Position numbers and translations under genes: made by a program. This document shows, piece by piece, positions 1-11,890 of a stretch of DNA of 64,000 nucleotides. The notes beneath the pieces are model-generated. The model was not told where the DNA came from, ran no database searches, and saw nothing but the letters and a program-made list of their open reading frames with translations. Source of the DNA: Lama guanicoe (taxonomy: Eukaryota); the NCBI GenBank assembly GCA_013239625.1, contig MU056358.1:12597285-12661284 (forward strand). Reading direction: 5' to 3'. How positions within the stretch are numbered: position 1 is the first letter of the stretch; every line of letters begins with the position of its first letter.

Positions 1-148
1 CTTCTCAAACCTGAAGGTACACACACCTGGGAATCTTGCTGAAGATTCAGATTCAATAAGAAGCAATGAGGCCCAAGATTCTGGATCTCTAGCAAGCTCC
101 CAGGTGATGGAGATGCTGCTAGACAAAGGACTGTACTTTGGGTATCAA
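1..148. mobile_element. MER5-like hAT MITE (truncated by window start)
   Basis: cttctcaaac...cacctgggaatcttg...ctagcaagctcccaggtgatggagatgctgct...actttg. Confidence 0.7.
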
Positions 149-379
149 GATGCTGCATTTGTTTTGGGGTTGGGGGCAGGCGAAGCACTTTACCTATAGT
201 AGGCAGAGACTTGGAGGTGACTTTAGAATTTTTTACAAAGTTTAAGTACTTACAGAGAAATTTCAATCTTTCCATGTTGACTACTTTGAAAATTTGAAGA
301 AATATATCAAATCTCCTTCTTTCAAAAAATGTTTGCCACCCCTGATAGTGCCTGTTTCATCATACTCTACCAAAAGATG

Positions 380-810
380 GGAAGGAGCCAGCCATGGGAA
401 ATCTACCTGCTAGACAGAAGAAACAGCAAGTGCAAATACCCCCAGGCAAAAATGTTTTAGAAAAGAGAGGTGTCTACAGCCACAGTTTAATGAGTCCATG
501 GAGGAGGAATTTTATATGAGAGGTAGGCAGGAGCCAGATCACAAATGACCTTATAGGCCAGAGCAAAAAGCTTAGATTTTGTTCTATACGGAGAAAGAAG
601 CCACTGAAATATGTTTAAGCAGAAGAGTTTCAGGATCTCACATGTTATGATCTCACATTTTAGGAAAAAAAAAATCAAGCTGCTAAAGACACTCTGAGTG
701 TATGACAGAAAGGCAAAGCAGAAGTGAGGAGAGCAGCCAGGTGGCTGCGGTAGGCGTTCCAGTCAGAGCCGGTGGTGGCCGGAGCCCACGGTAGGATGTC
801 AGCAATGTCA
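380..810 (-). mobile_element. LINE-2 fragment
   Basis: aaggagccagccatgggaa...aaacagcaagtgcaaa...gtaggcaggagccagatcacaaatgacctt...agccactgaaatatgtttaagcag. Confidence 0.7.
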
Positions 811-818
811 ACAGACCC

Positions 819-1050
819 TGTCAAGAACCATGAAGAATTTTTCTCCGTCTTGCAGTCTAACACGTTAGCCTACCACCGTTTCAGGATTGCTGGCAGAAGG
901 CATGAGACTCCTGATTCAGAGACAAAGGACTTTTACCACTCACAGCCACCACCATAGCCTGAATGTCAGCGTTTATGTAGGGTCCCCAAGTCCCAGTTTC
1001 CACCAGGCAATGTACAGCAGGCCAGGTGACACCTGCGTAAGCAGTAATCA
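819..1050 (-). mobile_element. ERV1-type LTR 3' fragment, same family as 27794-28397
   Basis: tgtcaagaacc...catgagactcctgattcagagacaaaggac aligns with the reverse complement of 28294-28397. Confidence 0.7.
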
Positions 1051-2654
1051 TAACGGGATCCATGTTACTGCTTTTTCCTTTTTGCCTTCACTTTGAGTAT
1101 GTCACAGCCCAGCACTGTTGCTGATCTTACCTTTATTTAAAATGTTGGTCAATATTAAGTTGCTCATACGCTTTTAGCATGAATTTTTGTTTTTTAAAAA
1201 TATTGCAGTAAAATATTATTTGTTTGGATTACGCCTTAAATCTGTATCTTAAGCAAGTGCCTCTCTTGCCTCCTTCTATTCCCAGCCCTGCCTTCCCCCT
1301 AACCTTCTGGGTAGGATGGTGACTTGGTTGCTTGTAACCAACAGAGCATAGAAATTTGAGTTCTTCCCTCCCCATCGTTTCCCAGCATACTGGGTCTGAT
1401 TCATATGTAGTGCAGCCACCCCTGGGGATGAATAGACTTTGGTCCTATCCCTCTATTCTTCTTAAGGCAGCTAAACTCAGGGTGGAAAGTAAGAGAGGAA
1501 TCAGCATGAAGAACTTCGCATCTTCAGCGTGAAGATTTCCATGCCAGAAAGGAAGGCACAGTAACTTTCTGTTTCAAGCATGCAGCAGCTACTCATGCCT
1601 CAGCCAAATGCAGACCCAATGTTACTGAGCACCCCAAACTCTGAATTGAATGGCATGATCATCATTACTGTCACTGTTCATTTCAACTTTGAAGACCCCT
1701 TGAGTCAGAAGCCAGAGCCAGATAGCCATCTGCCTGGGGCACATGGTTTGTGTATTTCAGCTAACTTGGCATTGACTAGGACAGACAGCAGCAACGTTTT
1801 TAAAGGAATCCATCTTAGTCCAGGGCACTTGCTGTCTCATCATGATAACATCTCTTAGCATCTTGCCTGATTTCAGCACAAGGGCTCGGCAAGTTTTCTG
1901 GGGCTGCAGCTGATTGCAAGAATTTATCTAGATTTCTTCCTGTCTGTTTCTTATCCTTTAATGCAGCACCTTTGTCAGCATTTTAAACCCAACACAGGTC
2001 AGTGACAGCCCCATACTAGTTCATGCTTCATCTACGGTTTCCCAGAAAATTACTCCACGTCAGGGAAATCTCAAGGGAGGACCAAGCTCCTTTTCCCTAG
2101 CCAGGTTCCACTGCAAAAAACTGAGACCTTTGTCATCTTGGAATGGATTGAAGTTTGGCATGAAAGACTACGGCAAGGGATGCGCCCTAAGAGGTCCCAG
2201 CTGTTACTTTCCTCCCTTGTCCCCTAAGGGAGACAGCCCAAGTTCAAGCAATCGATCCTATGGGATAGGGGGTTTCAAATTCACAGCACAGTTTTCTCCA
2301 AGACATCCTCCTCACAAAAGCCTCCTTTCTCCTCTCTTTGTAATGACTTCAGCTACGTGAGGGGTTTCAAAGTTATCGAAGTGCTGTTAGAGAAGGTTTT
2401 CTTGAAAATGTGCACATCTGAACTTTTCTCACCCCCACTGGGATATCTGCCATCTTTCACTGTGACACTGCAGGCGACACTGAGGCAGGAGAAGCACAGT
2501 TCTCACATCAAAGTCTACATATATGCAAAAAAAAAACCCTAATTATACCAGTAGTGGACTTGCTATAAATAACTTAGCTATGATTTATCAAGACTTTCAC
2601 ATCGCAGAATTAAACAGCGGGCTTTTCTGGGAAGTTGACAAAAGGGAAAGGAGC

Positions 2655-2686
2655 CTGCAATCAGGGGCCCAGCTGGAGGGCGCTGG
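2655..2686 (+). promoter_or_regulatory. Candidate CTCF site with upstream motif
   Basis: ctgcaat caggggc ccagctggagggcgctgg resembles the upstream motif plus core; motif match only. Confidence 0.4.
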
Positions 2687-3855
2687 AGTGGTTAGGGGAG
2701 CAAAGCTTCAAGACAGTGAGGAGAGATTGTACTTCCAGCAATTCGAGTAAAACTAGAGTCTGAAGAACTACGATACAAGCGTAGCCTGATTTTTTTAAAT
2801 CAAAAAGAGAATGAAGTCTTCTAAACTTCTGTGGCTCTTACAGTTAACTGTTCAGTCTTCAGCTTCTCTTGATTACAGAAGAAGGTCAGACACCACAGGG
2901 CATGAGAAATTATGCTATCTGGGAATAGCACCGCCTGGGGAAAAGGGACAAAGAAACCTCGTATTACTCTAGGATTTACCATAGTGACGCAGCGTGGAAA
3001 TTGATAGGAGAAATAATTTATTTCCATTTTTCATACCAAAAGTGATTAAATATGTAGGCTCTTATTTGGGGTTTTCCAGAAAATCAATGGCAGCTAAAGC
3101 CAAGACAAATGAGGAGATGAGAGATGAAGGGTGAGGGCAAAGGAATGAAGAGATGCAGAGACCTAGTTCTGAGGTTTGCTTTCAGGGGAAGCAAAGAAAA
3201 GCAAGAGGAAACTCTGTCAAGGATGAGTGTCTAAGAGCCTTGAGAACAGAAAGACTGAACAATGAGTACCCAATGTGTCAACAGTCCAGAGAGTTGCTAA
3301 TGAAATAATTAAAAGAGCAGATACCCCAGAAGCAAGTTGACAGTGTCCCCCAGTACTGAGTAGGAAAACCAACAGCTGTTAGGCAGAGCCCCCAGCAAGA
3401 AAGAGAAACGAAAATATGAAACAGGACCAAACTTGTTCAGAATACAGTAAATCTTAAACAAGCCAAGCTGACTGACACAAACCTCAGCAGCCTCGTCACT
3501 TCATCGTTGAATGTTGATATTTTACCATTTAAGATTCTGACCTCAGTGGTTGTGCAGAAATATCTTTATACGAACAGAAAGAAAACAAACAAAACAGGAA
3601 AATCCATGTGACGTCTTTGCAAGCATTCAAGAACACCCCCACACAAAGAATGTTTGCTTCTAAATCCTAAGCAGTTTTTCTGTGTGCATCCCAGACTCAG
3701 AAGATCCAATATGATTATTGGGTCAGTTTGGCTAGAGTACGGACAGAACTGTGGCTGATTTGGGTTTCAGTTTGTTCTATTTTCAGTGCTCTCTTGCGTT
3801 GGCCACCCAGCTGAATTTATAGTCAGACATGTAACGAAGCCACCTTTGCTTGTAG

Positions 3856-4030
3856 GTGCAGACGACGACCATGTGTATCTCCGTCAGCCTGAGTGGCTTT
3901 GTGGTCCTGGGCTGTTTGTTTGCCCCCAAAGTGCACATCATCCTCTTCCAGCCCCAGAAGAATGTGGTCACACACAGACTGCACCTTAACAGGTTCAGTG
4001 TCAGCGGAACTGGGACCACATATTCTCAGT
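3856..4030 (+). CDS. GRM3: Metabotropic glutamate receptor 3, penultimate coding exon (TM7 and proximal C-tail)
   Basis: ttgtag|GTG CAG ACG acceptor and TCT CAG T|gtaagt donor; 175 nt; translates VQTTTMCISVSLSGFVVLGCLFAPKVHIILFQPQKNVVTHRLHLNRFSVSGTGTTYSQ, the mGluR3 TM7/C-tail. Confidence 0.98.
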
Positions 4031-5519
4031 GTAAGTATGGAACTTGGCAATGACTGCTTCATATGTAGAGCTGCAGAAGGGAACAGGCTGGGAGGGGTAG
4101 CCATGGACATAGGAACAGACAACACACGTCCATTCCTGTGAACAATCATGATTCAATTTTAGTAAGTGCTAAAATTCGACCACCATATGCTAAGGTACCG
4201 TGCTGGGTGCTAGGGATAGAGTGGTAAGCAGAAGAGTTCAAGTTTCTGTTTTGGCTGTGTACAGTCTAGCCAGGGAGATGGACATTAAATAAATCTACAA
4301 CCACCATTAGGATTTTTGACCATGTTGCAGAGTCAGAGAATCTAGTTTCAAGTCCTGACTTTGCAACCATTTCAATAGGTCACCTTGAGCACATCACCTT
4401 ACTGTTTCCTTCCTTAGCTGGCCTTAGGGTGGGATGAGATTAGTGGTCGGGAAAACCTGTTCTGTGTCACATAGATGCTGAAGGTGTTTCATATAAGTTA
4501 AAAGAGGAAGATGATCAAATAAGACGGAAAAGGCGGCATCTTAAATACCCACTCTGAAGTTCAAAGCACCTCCTTTCACACGAGCATGATAAAGGTTTCA
4601 AGAATCTCTACAGCGAGGGAACCTGTTTTACTTTGTTATTTACAGTTTCTTAAAAGTATTTGACCTCAGTAAAGCATCTCACATTCCATGGAATACACTT
4701 GGGACAATGCTGGAATAGATCTTCCTCTTATTTCAAAGACATAATGTTTTTTCAGCTGAGAACCAGCTGAGAAGTTGGCGTGAACTGAAATATACCAGGA
4801 TAACGTCCCAGCCAGGGTTCTCTCTCCTACTGGCCTACAAATATCTGAAACACTATCCTTAGAGAATCATTTACTTCTTTAGATTCATCTAAAGCACAAA
4901 TGTACCTAAAGGTGACAAACTTTTAAGCCATTTTCAACTAATCTGTGGTATGAAGTAGGAGAAATTCACTGACAGAAGGATGGGGGGAGGAGGGGGAGGG
5001 GAAGGAGGGCTGGAAGTGACAGAGACAAATGACTTCTTCACAGTTTTGCCTCCAGCCGATTAGAAAGGAAACTTCAAAATAGCTCAGCATCACAGAGTGA
5101 GCAATCGCATTAGTGCCCCAGTTTCTCCAATAAAGTACCACATTTTGTAGGGCAGCCCTTTCCCTAGCAAACAAAGAGCAGACTGACAGCTGACAGCACA
5201 CGTTCAAGGATGCAGGGTATGTACCACTCCTTGGGCTCAGCGGCTAGAGAGATGGAGACCTTACTGTATTTTCAACTAAATTTTCAGGTGTCACAATGGT
5301 TGAGTCCAGGAGCTGGTAAAACTTAAGAAATAATTTCCTTGGACCTTAAAGAAACCTGCTTATTTCTGAAGCAACCAAATCTCTTTTCTAGCAGCCTCAC
5401 TGCAAAAGCTGGCTAGTCCAGACAAGAAAGAACTGGCATATAACTAACACTGATAACCAATAAAAAACTAAAAAAAAACTAATAAAAACAGCACCAATAA
5501 TCCAGCTAACAGGGACTCC

Positions 5520-5695
5520 CACTGTTTTCTTCATGCTTGGCATTGTGCTAAATACTTCATACATGTGTCCTCGCAAGATATAGCTTCTTTTAACATTCAC
5601 AACTACCCAAGGTCACACACACAGCAAGTGGCAGAACCAGAACTGAGCCAGCTTCTCTGATTTCAAAGCCAAGGGCACCCAATCACTGTATTGTG
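5520..5695. mobile_element. MIR SINE
   Basis: ggcattgtgctaaatacttcatacatg...cccaaggtcacacacacagcaagtggcagaaccagaactga. Confidence 0.65.
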
Positions 5696-6687
5696 CTCCT
5701 TCATCCAGAAAACAAGCCGGGAAATTTCCCATGAAGCGAGGTACTCAGGAGGCTTTAGAGAGAACAAAAGGAAGTTTACCGTAGGCTGTGCAGCAAGATT
5801 TACCATGGGGCAAAAACAGTCTTGTTGAGAGCTGAGAGTTCTTGGTTCTTATTAAAACCATTTAGCAAAGCCCATAGGTCTTCCACAGACATCGTTCAAG
5901 TACATCCCAACCTCAGTAATTTAGAAATGGTGGCATTTTCTAATGCATATACTGGGAATTAGTAAATTCCTCAAGAGATAACAAGGGACTTTACCCAATC
6001 AAGTCTCTGCTCAGAGTTTCAGAAATGTCCATTTACCCAAAATCCAATATACTGCAATGGCCACCAACCTGCTTAAGCTGTCACTCAGAGTGCTGATCTG
6101 CTAGTGGCCCAATTAATACATCAAGGTAGGTGTCTACCCAGCCCAGTGTTTTAGGATCATTTTGTTACTCAGTGAAATGTTAAATACATTTTTTTTCTTT
6201 CAAAAGATCTAAATTTAGACCTCATTTTCCCAGCAGTTTTTCTCTAATTAATCCAAATTAATGAAGTAGAATTAAAGTAACAAAGTAAAATATTTATGTA
6301 ATATCTCTAGCACTTCAAGTGTGTAAATAACGAATTCACTGATCTTTTATCTGTAATTCTTTATCTTTTACTCACAACAGTTTTGTATTTGTGAGCTCAT
6401 TTTATCTGTATTAGGTGTCACAAGTTCCATTTTACAAGTGAGAAAACAGAGAACAGAAGTGACCTCACAAGGATACACAATGATTCAAGAGCTGACACTG
6501 AATTTCCTGACTTGTGATTAATATCCTAACCATTTTAATAAATCGGAACCATTGTCATGAAATTCAAATTCATTCAATTATTAAATGCTTAGGCACCTTC
6601 TATACACCAGAAATGTCTATGCACCTGTGTACACAGTGGTGAATAGGACAGAATCCCTGGTCCCAGCAGGAAGCTTGGTGTCTAGGG

Positions 6688-6911
6688 CAGTGTTTTTCAT
6701 ACTGCAGAGTGTAAGCCACTAATGGGTCATGAAATTTACTTAGTATGTTTATCAGCATTTTTTAAAGGAAGATAGAACAAAGTTTCTTAGAGTTCATCAT
6801 ATGTAATAGGGTAAGCACTATTTCATGAAGTCTGCTCGAGTCTATGTATGTATACCAGGTTCAGGCAAAACATTTATTTCTATGAATTTCAAAGAAATTT
6901 GAAAGCCACTG
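6688..6911. mobile_element. hAT-type MITE with 8-bp TSD
   Basis: TIRs cagtgtttttca and tgaaagccactg; flanks gtctaggg (6680-6687) and gtctgtgg (6912-6919). Confidence 0.75.
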
Positions 6912-7310
6912 GTCTGTGGGATCTAGTTCTACGTATAAATGTGTTACTGGCCACTATGATGAAAATTTAAGCAACTGGTTTAATCTCTCAGTGCCTGATT
7001 GCTCCATTATAGATTCATCTCAATATTCTACTTCCCTCTTAAATATTGGGAAGTATGCTGTTTTAATAATCAAGAGAAATCCTTAAATGGCTCTGTGTTC
7101 ATTAGGTAAAGCATACGTTTGTCTTAGGCTGTACCTAATTTATGTTCTTCCAGTAAGTATTTGCAGGCATTTTATTCCAATGGATTATTGTTACCAATAT
7201 TGCTACTGGTTTTCTGACTTACTCCCTCCAGAGGGAAAAATTAAAAACTCATGTATGGATGAGAGTAAGCTGATGTAGCAACAGAGTTACCCTCCACAAA
7301 AGACACATTC

Positions 7311-7655
7311 AGTTATCTATTTCCACCTAACACACTTCCCGTAGATGAGTGACAAAAAAAAAAAAACAACCCTTTTATTATCTCCCTTGATTTTGTAAGT
7401 CAGGAAATTCAGGCAGGGCTTGGCTGAGCAGTTCATCTGTTCTCTGAGGCCTTGACTGGGGTCCTTCTGTAATATCAGCTGAGACTGAGTTGGTCTGGAG
7501 GGTCCACAGTGGTTTAATTCTTACACTTGGCACCTTGGTGGGATGCCTCTGTACTTGGGATCCCAAACAGCATGACAGGGCCTGCCCAGATTTAAGGGGA
7601 GGGACACAGATCCCACCTCCCAGAGAATCTGTGGCCATTTTTATGATACTGCACT
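7311..7655 (-). mobile_element. Old MaLR LTR (MLT1F/H-like)
   Basis: agttatctat...gtcaggaattcaggcagggcttggctgagcagttc...ccagatttaaggggaggg...tgtggccattttt. Confidence 0.7.
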
Positions 7656-10600
7656 CTCCAAACCCTAAATCCGTCCAGTACTATACTTTTCATAGGGATT
7701 AAGTGACATGACACACTTAATCTTACACCGAGAAGTCACCTTGACTGGAAGGTGCACTCACATTAATTTCCAGTTAATTCTCTGGCAAGAGAGTTGCAGA
7801 AATACCACATCATTTTGGAGTCTCAGTGAGCTCCCTGACAGAAGCTAAGGTGGTTGCTTGCAGAAGGAGTATCAGTATTTGGTTTTAAAAGCTGAGAAGT
7901 TGCTCAAAAAAGATGGGAAAAGCATAGCCAAACTTAGAAGCAGTCTTGGGAGAAAGAACATGGTTAAGGCCATCTCAGAAAACTCACCATTTGAGAAATA
8001 TTTACATGTTGCTGTGTGCAAGAGTACAGTTTTAGTAGTAGCTGATTAACTATATACAGTGGGAGTCAGAATAGTTAAAGGAAACAGCAACTTTCCCCCA
8101 TGAAGTGTACCCATAGGCCAGCCGTTTCCAATATTTGTGTATTAAAATACCACCTCTCTGAAACAGATTCCCAGGCCCCTTCCTTTGATTCATGGGGTCT
8201 TGGCAAAGGCCAGAAATCTGGTTGGTAACAGATACCCCAACTGGTTCAATGGAAGTGATCCACGGAAAACATTTTGAGAACCTGTACCCAAAGCATCGTG
8301 TCTACTTCACCCAGTGGCATCAATCAGAGCAGGAAGCTCCACTGAGATGACCCTCAAAGAGGAAGGCTGCACTGGGTTCAGGGAAGGAGAGCTGTTTTGC
8401 AATTCTGTCCTTTGCCTCGTAATGCCAACAGCCACATCCCTGCCAGTTATTTCCCATCACCCTCTGGAATTCTCCAGAGAAGGCATCTCTCACACAGAAG
8501 CACCTGGCCACTCAAAAAACACTTACCGAGAGTGGGAATGCACCTTCCAATAGCAGTGTGACTCAGAGACCCTGAAATCCTACACTCATACTTGGAATGC
8601 TGCTCCCACACCCACACACATTAGCAAACATCCTCTGTATTTGGATGAGGGGGGAAAATGGTCATTCTTTATATTGTTCAGCTTTAGAAGCAGAGGATCT
8701 TCCCAGAGCTGATTCCCAAAGATAGGCAGTCAAGAATGTGTGTGGAGAAACTTAGCATCTGTAAATTCAATATATTTTTTTTGAGTGAAAAGCTTTCCTG
8801 TCAGCCCTACACCTGACAGCATCTCATTCTACCAGCATGGGTGCTGCCTGTAAGTAGAGCGGCACCATTCTGAAAGGGACAAGCTGGAAGTACACGTGAA
8901 GTTATGCAGCATAAAGCCCTGTAAGTCCCATGCAGGGCAGAATGTTGTCGACACCGGTGTGGGTTTGTATCAGCATAGACTGGGGACAGAAGTGAGAAAT
9001 GGAGTGTGCCCAAGAGTCTTCAGAGCTATTATGTACCCAGACTTGGTCCTACAGGGATGCCTATTGCTCTTGCTCATGGTGATCATTCAGATGTATGTAT
9101 GTCATTATCATTAAGATCAGCCAAGAGGCTTCTGCTAACTAATGATGCCCAGATTTGGGCCCCAGAGGAGCCGGGGGCATATGGAGATTGATTTCTTCTG
9201 CCAAAACCTTAATCAGAAAGTCACTTGTCTAGGTGGTAATGTGTGAACTGCTCAATTAATAGAATTATTCTTTATGACAAAGCATGTGCACATTATAAAA
9301 AGAAAGCAGGAGTATCAAAAGATCAAGTGAACAGTCTTCTAGAGTCACCACATAATTTGCTACAGAGCTACAGCAACAGACAGCAAGGACATAAGGACCA
9401 GGCTTTGAACTTACCAGTGGCCAGGCTTTGAAGACCCCTTAGTCAGCAGGGGGCAAGCCACTGCACAACTCTAAATAGGATTTCATACGAGAAAAAAAAT
9501 AGCACATAATGCCAAGTTTTTCTTGACAGTGCTAGTCCAGAAAACCAGCATAATATCCCTGCGCCTTTACAGTTCAGGGAGTCCCACGATGACTGGCTAG
9601 GCAGATTAAGAAGTTCTTTGGCAACACAGACTGAATGGACGGTCTCCTTCACCATAGGCATAAATATATTATAAACATAAATCCTTGCTGACCGAACAGG
9701 AAGAGCCTAGAGTATTCAGCAAGTTAAGCCATTTGCTTCCAGGCAGAATAAACCTAGTGCATCCAAATCAGATGTCGATCCATTTTCCCTTAAGAAAGGG
9801 AAGTCCACAGCGTCCCTGAGAACCTCATTCCATTCCCTTTCACTCCCTCATTGAGGATGGGAGAATAGAGTCCCCAGCTGCAATAGGTAACCCCATAAGT
9901 TAGGAGGTAGATATTCAATACCTTTTCTTCTATTTAGCATTTCCATTTACTTGTCTCACAACTGCCCTTATACAACCCTTAAATCATCTTCTCTTTGCCT
10001 CCAATATTTTGCTAGGTTTTCCCCACGCAGCTCCAGCCCACCTCCTTTAATACAGTGACCACAGAGCCTGGAGCTGGAAGGGGTGTTCACGATCATTTAC
10101 TCTAACAACCACATTTATAGACGAGAAACCAGGGCCCTACCTATTAGGCGCTTTTAGGAATTTGATAACTGCAGTCATAGATAAAACTCTCAAAAGCTGC
10201 TCTGTGGCTCCTCTGGCCTCTCTGGATTTTCTGCCTCAACTCAGTGACAAAATTCATCTCAGAAGCTATTCTGACAATGAGAATCTTATCATCTGCAAAT
10301 TCAATCATTTTTTTTTAAGTTAAAAAGCTTTTTCTTATGTGCCACACATGACAGCACTCTGTCCTACTAGCACAGGTGCAGACTTCTATTCCTCTCAAAA
10401 GCCCAGGCCGCAGAGTTCGGCGTGTAAGTCATGTTTTTCTGAGGCCCCAGCGAGCCCCACAACCAGGCTGCATACAGACAAGATGTGGCATTCCAGAGGG
10501 GCTATCCTCAAAGCTTCTCAGAAAATGTGATTCGGTGAAGAAAAGGAATTTTGTTAATGGTGACCCATTAAATGCTTATGACAGAGATATAACTTCTCTC

Positions 10601-11152
10601 ATTCAAATAGTTTTTTTCACAAGCAGTATCATGTCCTTGAGTTAAATCATACTGTATGGTCTCTCTTCTGTGTTGTACATTTGAACAGAACGCAAACACA
10701 ATAGCTCAAGGAGAGTTCCTAAACCAGAGAGTTTATATTGTGTGAGAGATACCTACAGTCACATGCACCTCCATGGAACCCCAAATTTATTAATGCCTTT
10801 GGGAACATGGTACCATGCTCAGAGCAATGTATAAATGTCAAAAAAAAAAAGGAAATGTGTATTTAATCAAATACTGCCCATATACTGATCTCAGAGGATC
10901 AATACCTTAAAACAAAGCAAGCAAAGAGTCTAACATCAATTCATTATAATGTTCCTCCTACTTCCTTTTCATTTTAAGTGAAATTCTCTGGAAAACATTC
11001 ATAAATGGAAATATCTGTGTGCCTACAGCAGGAAAACGCCTACTCATATAGAAAAAAAATTTTTTTTAAATATCTGCCTTACCTGGAGGAATTTCAGAGG
11101 CTTTGGGAGAGGAATCACTAACCAAGTAAATGTGACAAATTTGATGGATAAT

Positions 11153-11890
11153 TCATTCCTTCACTGGAGAAAGTTTTGTGGCCAGGCTCAGCTCTAGGCA
11201 ATGGGGGATGTGGTCATAAACAAAACAAACCCTACACTCATGGTGCTCGCATTCTAACCAGGCAAGAGGCGGTACAGACAGGCAAGCCAAGAATATGTAA
11301 TATCTTAGGTGTTGATAGGTGATGTGGAGAAAATAATACAAGCCAAACACAAATAAGGCACACTGGAGACAGACAGACAGTTGCTGTTTTTCAGAGAGAG
11401 TGGCCAGGGAAGTGATAAGGTGACACTGAGCAGAGACCTGAAGAAACGAAAAGAAGGGAGCCATGCCAGTACCTGGGGGAAAGACATTCCACGCAGAGGG
11501 AACAGCACATGCAAAGGTCCAAAGTGGGAAGCACATCAGAGAGGCCAAGTGAGGCCAGAGGGAAATGACTAGGGGTCAAAGTGAGAGGAGATGAGGACAA
11601 AGATGGAGCAGATCATGTCGGACTTTGGAGGTCACAGGAAGGACTTTTACTTTTCTGTTTCAAGAACTGGGAAAACACTTGAAGGGCTTCATCAGAGGTA
11701 TGGCAGTACCTGACTTTTAAAGCATCGTTTTGGCTGTGTGGGCAGACATAAGACAGGGAGCAGGCAGAGCCATCATTTGGGAGGCTACTGCAGAGCCCAG
11801 GTGATGGTGGCTTAAATCGGGTGGTAGCAATGAAAGCTAACAAACTTGTGCAGATGTTGTGTATCATTTGAAGGTGAGGCTAACAAGACC
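11153..11890 (-). mobile_element. LINE-2 3' fragment
   Basis: ttcattcc tail; ggtgacactgagcagagacctgaag, agagggaacagcacatgcaaaggtcc, ggaggctactgcagagcccaggtga are L2 hallmarks. Confidence 0.85.

Noticed and set aside
1872-1892. TTCAGCAC RE1 left half-site
   Set aside because: The right half GGACAG is absent
4031-4053. ORF read-through past GRM3 exon (CKYGTWQ*)
   Set aside because: A strong gtaagt donor at 4031 and a phase-matched last exon explain the structure; nothing supports intron retention
11153-11867. Cluster of 60-130 aa ORFs
   Set aside because: They lie inside a decayed L2 and show no protein-like features or splice context
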